35,951 nucleotides of DNA, from NCBI GenBank assembly GCA_034432815.1, contig DAOUBN010000053.1:1-35951 (forward strand), given 5' to 3'. Positions 32,915-35,951 of this stretch are shown here, one piece after another. The stretch comes from Anaerolineae bacterium. Lineage in GTDB: Bacteria > Chloroflexota > Anaerolineae > SpSt-600. The notes under the pieces were generated by a model. That model was not told the DNA's origin. It saw only the letters and a program-made list of their open reading frames with translations, and did not search any database. The translations under genes were made by a program, and so were the position numbers. Positions within the stretch are counted from its first letter, which is position 1, and every line of letters begins with the position of its first letter.

Positions 32915-35900
32915 ATGACATGGCGTTTTTTGAACCTTTTAGTGATAGCGAGCATGCTTTTCTCCCACTTAGCCAACCCCATCGGGCACCCTTTCCAGAG
33001 CCCTCTACCCACGCCCACTCCAGTTCTCTCCCCCACCTTTTCAAGCCCCCTGCCTGCCCCTCAGGAGCAGGTCCCATCCGGCCCTGAGGTGCCTCCTCCC
33101 CAACCTTTGCCTCCACCCGAGACCGTTCCCGTCCAGCCCGGGCAGACCATTGCCCTGGCTCAGGGCCGCGTTACCTTGACCATACCTGAAAAGTCCCCTC
33201 TCCGCAAGGTCACCCTCAGAGTGACTCAACTCAGGCCACTGGCCGGGCATGAAGCAGGCCTGGCTTTCGCCTTTGACCTGACCGCCTCTGACGCGGGAGG
33301 TAAAACCCTCAGCCTTCTTCCCGCCCCCATAACGGTCAAACTCAACCTGAATGGCCTGGTAAACTGGGCCTCCCGCCCTGACTGGCTCCGCCCCTGGGTT
33401 GGATTCTGGGATGAAAAGGGCCAGAACTGGCAGACCATAGAACCCATCTTCGTGGACGAGCAAGCCGGAGTAATAGCCTTCACCACCGATCACCTCTCCA
33501 CCTTCGGGGCCGGCACCCAGGGAGTTACAGTGAGTGGATGGATCCTCAACTTCAACGACACCAGGACAGACCTCTTTTCCGGCGCCTTAATCTGGGAGTA
33601 TCCTTTTGACCTGCCCCCAGGACCCGGGGGGATCAGGCCGGACCTGCGCCTCTCCTACAATAGCCGCAGGCTGGATGGGATCCTCCCCTGGGCCCAGTCC
33701 GATGGCGTGGGCTGGGGCTGGAGCCTGGACATAGCCGACATCCTCTGGCGCAATGTCCACCGCTGCAAGGGGAGCGGAGAATCCGATTATTACCTCTGCT
33801 GGGATAATGTCCCGCTGCTGGTGCTGAACGGGGAAGCCCTGAAACTTATCCCGGAGACCTCCCTCCCGAACGACATCCAGTATAACGGACCAGGATCCAC
33901 AACCTACAGCTTTCACACCGAAGACGAGAGGTTCTGGCGCATCCTCTGGAAACCGGGGTCTGAGAACGGCTACTGGGAAGTAACCCTCAAAGACGGCACG
34001 CGCTACCTTCTTGGAACCACCCCCGATAGCCGGCAGGTGTTGAGGGGCACCGCCCATGCCACCGTCCGCTGGCGGGGGAAAGGGATAATCTACCCCACGG
34101 GCCTCACCGTCACCTTCACCTACACTGAACAGACCCTGGCCCAGCAGTGCGAGCTCTTCAAGGCGGCAAACTTGATTAAAAGCACCGACACCTGCCACGG
34201 AGACCATTCAGACTCCGAAAGGCCAAGTTCCCTCACCCAGATTGAATCCCCGGGAACGAGGGTGAAGGTCCTCTGGGCCCGCCGCTGGAACGGCAACGGG
34301 CCCAACGACGGCTTCGGCCCCGAAGCCTACCGCGGGGATTTCGCCTCCGCCGGGATGGCCGCCATCTTCTGGCAGACCGACGCCGTCCAGAAAGTCGTGG
34401 TGGAGCGCCGGCGAGGGGATGGGACCTGGCAGCCTGTGCGGGAGGTCCGCTTCACCTACGGGACTTACACCCCGATGGATGAGGGGAACAAACGACTGCG
34501 GACCCTCACCGCCCTGCAGGAATGGGCCCCGGAGGGAAGCGCCTGGAAAGCCCTGCCCCCCTTCACCTTTGAATACACTGGATATCCCAATAAGGACTGG
34601 TGCAACACCTACTTAATCAAGACCTGCTCCGAGTGGGACCAGGCCCAGTTCTACTACCCCCGCCTGACCCGCATCAATAACGGATATGGAGGGGTGATTG
34701 AGATCAATTACGCCACCCCCGATGGGGGCTACTGGCAGGCGAAGAACTACCGGGTGGCCCAGCGGAAGGTCACCGACGGGCTGGGAGGAGGATGGAGAGA
34801 AGTTTACGCTTATTCCGACAATCCTGATGGACGATGTTACCTCTCCAGTGCGGATGCGGAAAGGTGCAAGTGGTATGATGAATTCCCGGACATAGGGGGA
34901 GGGGTCAGGGCCACCGGCGGCCTCTTCCTGGGCTACTGGGAGGTCACCGTGACCTTCCAGGACCTCGCCGGCGCCGCCCAGAGGGTGGAATGGACCCGCT
35001 TTGCCCTCCCCGGGGGGCCCACCAACGACCCCTGGCCCGCCCGGGGCCGCCCACGGGAGCGCCAGGTCCGGGATCCCGGCGGAGCTGTCCTCCAGGCCAT
35101 CGCCTACACATATGGCTTTTCCCCCACCGTAGACACCGCAGGCAAGGCGAACTTCGTCTTCCTCCAGCGCCAGGATATAACCACTGACGGCCGCACGGCC
35201 CGAACGGAATACCGCTACGACGCCTACGGGAACGTCACCGCCGTCTTCGAGCACGGCTTCCTTGACGTCTCGGGGGACGAGCGCTCCACCCACCGGGGCT
35301 ATGCTTCCAACCCCACCGCCTGGATCGTGGACAAAGTCGCCTGGGAGAACGTTTACGACGGCATCACCGAAAACACCGGGGGAGAAGCGCTGCGCACCCA
35401 GACCCGCTTCTACTACGACGGGGCTTCTTCCTTCACCACCCCACCGGTGAAGGGATTGCTGACCCGGGTGGACCGGGGCAAAGAAGGCTGGGGCTGGGGC
35501 ACCGAGCAGGCCGCCTACGACGCCTACGGCAACCCCACCGTCATCACCGACGCCCGGGGCTTCGCCACAACCTTCTCCTACGACCCCACGGGAGTCTACC
35601 GGCTCTCCGAGCGCAACGCATTGGGGCATATCACCCGCTATGAATACTACGGCATCAACGAGAGCGCCCCCGGTAAGGGCCGGGGGCCGGTGGGAGCCCT
35701 GAAGCGGGTTGTGGACCCCAACGGAGCGGCCACCGCCTACACCTACGACCCCTTCGGCCGGCTGCGGACGGTGGTGCGCCCCGGAGACTCCTGGGACTAC
35801 CCCACTGAAGAATGGCTGTATTACGATGGAGTGGACCACTCCTTCACCGACCGCTGGCCCCTGATGGTCGTGCGCCTGGTACGGGGGACGCCGGGGGCAG

Positions 35901-35951
35901 CCTGGTGCTCGGGTGGACTGGCAACCTGGGAACGGCTCTACTACGACGGCC
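32915..35951 (+). CDS. Secreted SpvB/TcdB-N-domain + RHS/YD-repeat protein (Tc-toxin B/C-like or polymorphic-toxin shell), 3'-partial
   Basis: Absent from the ORF track because no stop occurs before the window end. I translated it by hand in the frame with codon starts = 2 mod 3. It starts MTWRFLNLLVIASMLFSHLANP (signal-like), followed by a Pro-rich linker. Next is LIWEYPFDLPPGPGGIRPDLRLSYNSRRLDG..GVGWGWSLD, the SpvB/TcdB N-terminal signature. YD repeats follow (YRYDAYGNVTAV, YDAYGNPTVITDARGF..FSYDPTG, YTYDPFGRLRTVV). At least 1012 codons are open. Confidence 0.85.
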   Translation, partial: MTWRFLNLLVIASMLFSHLANPIGHPFQSPLPTPTPVLSPTFSSPLPAPQEQVPSGPEVPPPQPLPPPETVPVQPGQTIALAQGRVTLTIPEKSPLRKVTLRVTQLRPLAGHEAGLAFAFDLTASDAGGKTLSLLPAPITVKLNLNGLVNWASRPDWLRPWVGFWDEKGQNWQTIEPIFVDEQAGVIAFTTDHLSTFGAGTQGVTVSGWILNFNDTRTDLFSGALIWEYPFDLPPGPGGIRPDLRLSYNSRRLDGILPWAQSDGVGWGWSLDIADILWRNVHRCKGSGESDYYLCWDNVPLLVLNGEALKLIPETSLPNDIQYNGPGSTTYSFHTEDERFWRILWKPGSENGYWEVTLKDGTRYLLGTTPDSRQVLRGTAHATVRWRGKGIIYPTGLTVTFTYTEQTLAQQCELFKAANLIKSTDTCHGDHSDSERPSSLTQIESPGTRVKVLWARRWNGNGPNDGFGPEAYRGDFASAGMAAIFWQTDAVQKVVVERRRGDGTWQPVREVRFTYGTYTPMDEGNKRLRTLTALQEWAPEGSAWKALPPFTFEYTGYPNKDWCNTYLIKTCSEWDQAQFYYPRLTRINNGYGGVIEINYATPDGGYWQAKNYRVAQRKVTDGLGGGWREVYAYSDNPDGRCYLSSADAERCKWYDEFPDIGGGVRATGGLFLGYWEVTVTFQDLAGAAQRVEWTRFALPGGPTNDPWPARGRPRERQVRDPGGAVLQAIAYTYGFSPTVDTAGKANFVFLQRQDITTDGRTARTEYRYDAYGNVTAVFEHGFLDVSGDERSTHRGYASNPTAWIVDKVAWENVYDGITENTGGEALRTQTRFYYDGASSFTTPPVKGLLTRVDRGKEGWGWGTEQAAYDAYGNPTVITDARGFATTFSYDPTGVYRLSERNALGHITRYEYYGINESAPGKGRGPVGALKRVVDPNGAATAYTYDPFGRLRTVVRPGDSWDYPTEEWLYYDGVDHSFTDRWPLMVVRLVRGTPGAAWCSGGLATWERLYYDG

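Noticed and set aside
34613-35839. 408-aa minus-strand ORF, plus 33041..33493 and 33587..34207
   Set aside because: They are antisense shadows of the plus-strand RHS/YD-repeat gene. They are Gly/Val/Pro-rich with no motifs, whereas the plus frame carries clear SpvB and YD signatures.

Overview
High-G+C bacterial chromosomal window (about 65% G+C in ordinary genes, by eye). It is probably origin-proximal, given jag, parA and rpsF-ssb-rpsR, and the synteny looks Terrabacteria/Chloroflexota-like, though that is inference only. I support about 31 protein genes. Housekeeping calls are jag (partial), a PfkB kinase, parA, DUF72, mogA, uvrB, fused glyQS, recO, a small MazG, rpsF, ssb, rpsR, a parvulin PPIase, an MFS transporter and a TPR protein. 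The features worth a second look are: (1) a peroxiredoxin whose peroxidatic Cys codon is an in-frame TGA followed by a perfect SECIS-like hairpin, so the ORF track shows only its C-terminal half. It ends a Fur/PerR, superoxide reductase, Prx operon. (2) A mosaic interspersed repeat family I do not recognise, made of an ~80-bp A module in two orientation-locked subfamilies and a ~50-bp G5/C5 mini-hairpin B module. It fills six intergenic gaps (~2.5 kb, ~7% of the window), forms MITE-like inverted units at two loci, and abuts a decayed IS4-like transposase at a third. (3) A 536-aa LAGLIDADG plus HTH intein splitting the Walker A motif of UvrB. (4) A 1190-aa fusion of SHMT, a GcvT-like domain and GcvT. 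(5) A low-G+C restriction-modification island. (6) A secreted SpvB/TcdB-N plus RHS/YD-repeat protein of more than 1012 aa. It runs off the 3' edge and is absent from the ORF track. (7) Tandem DarA/PstA-like c-di-AMP receptor paralogs in front of an MFS transporter. (8) An operon of TPR, YabN-like, corrinoid protein and pterin-binding methyltransferase genes. All family assignments come from motif recognition by eye; no searches were run.
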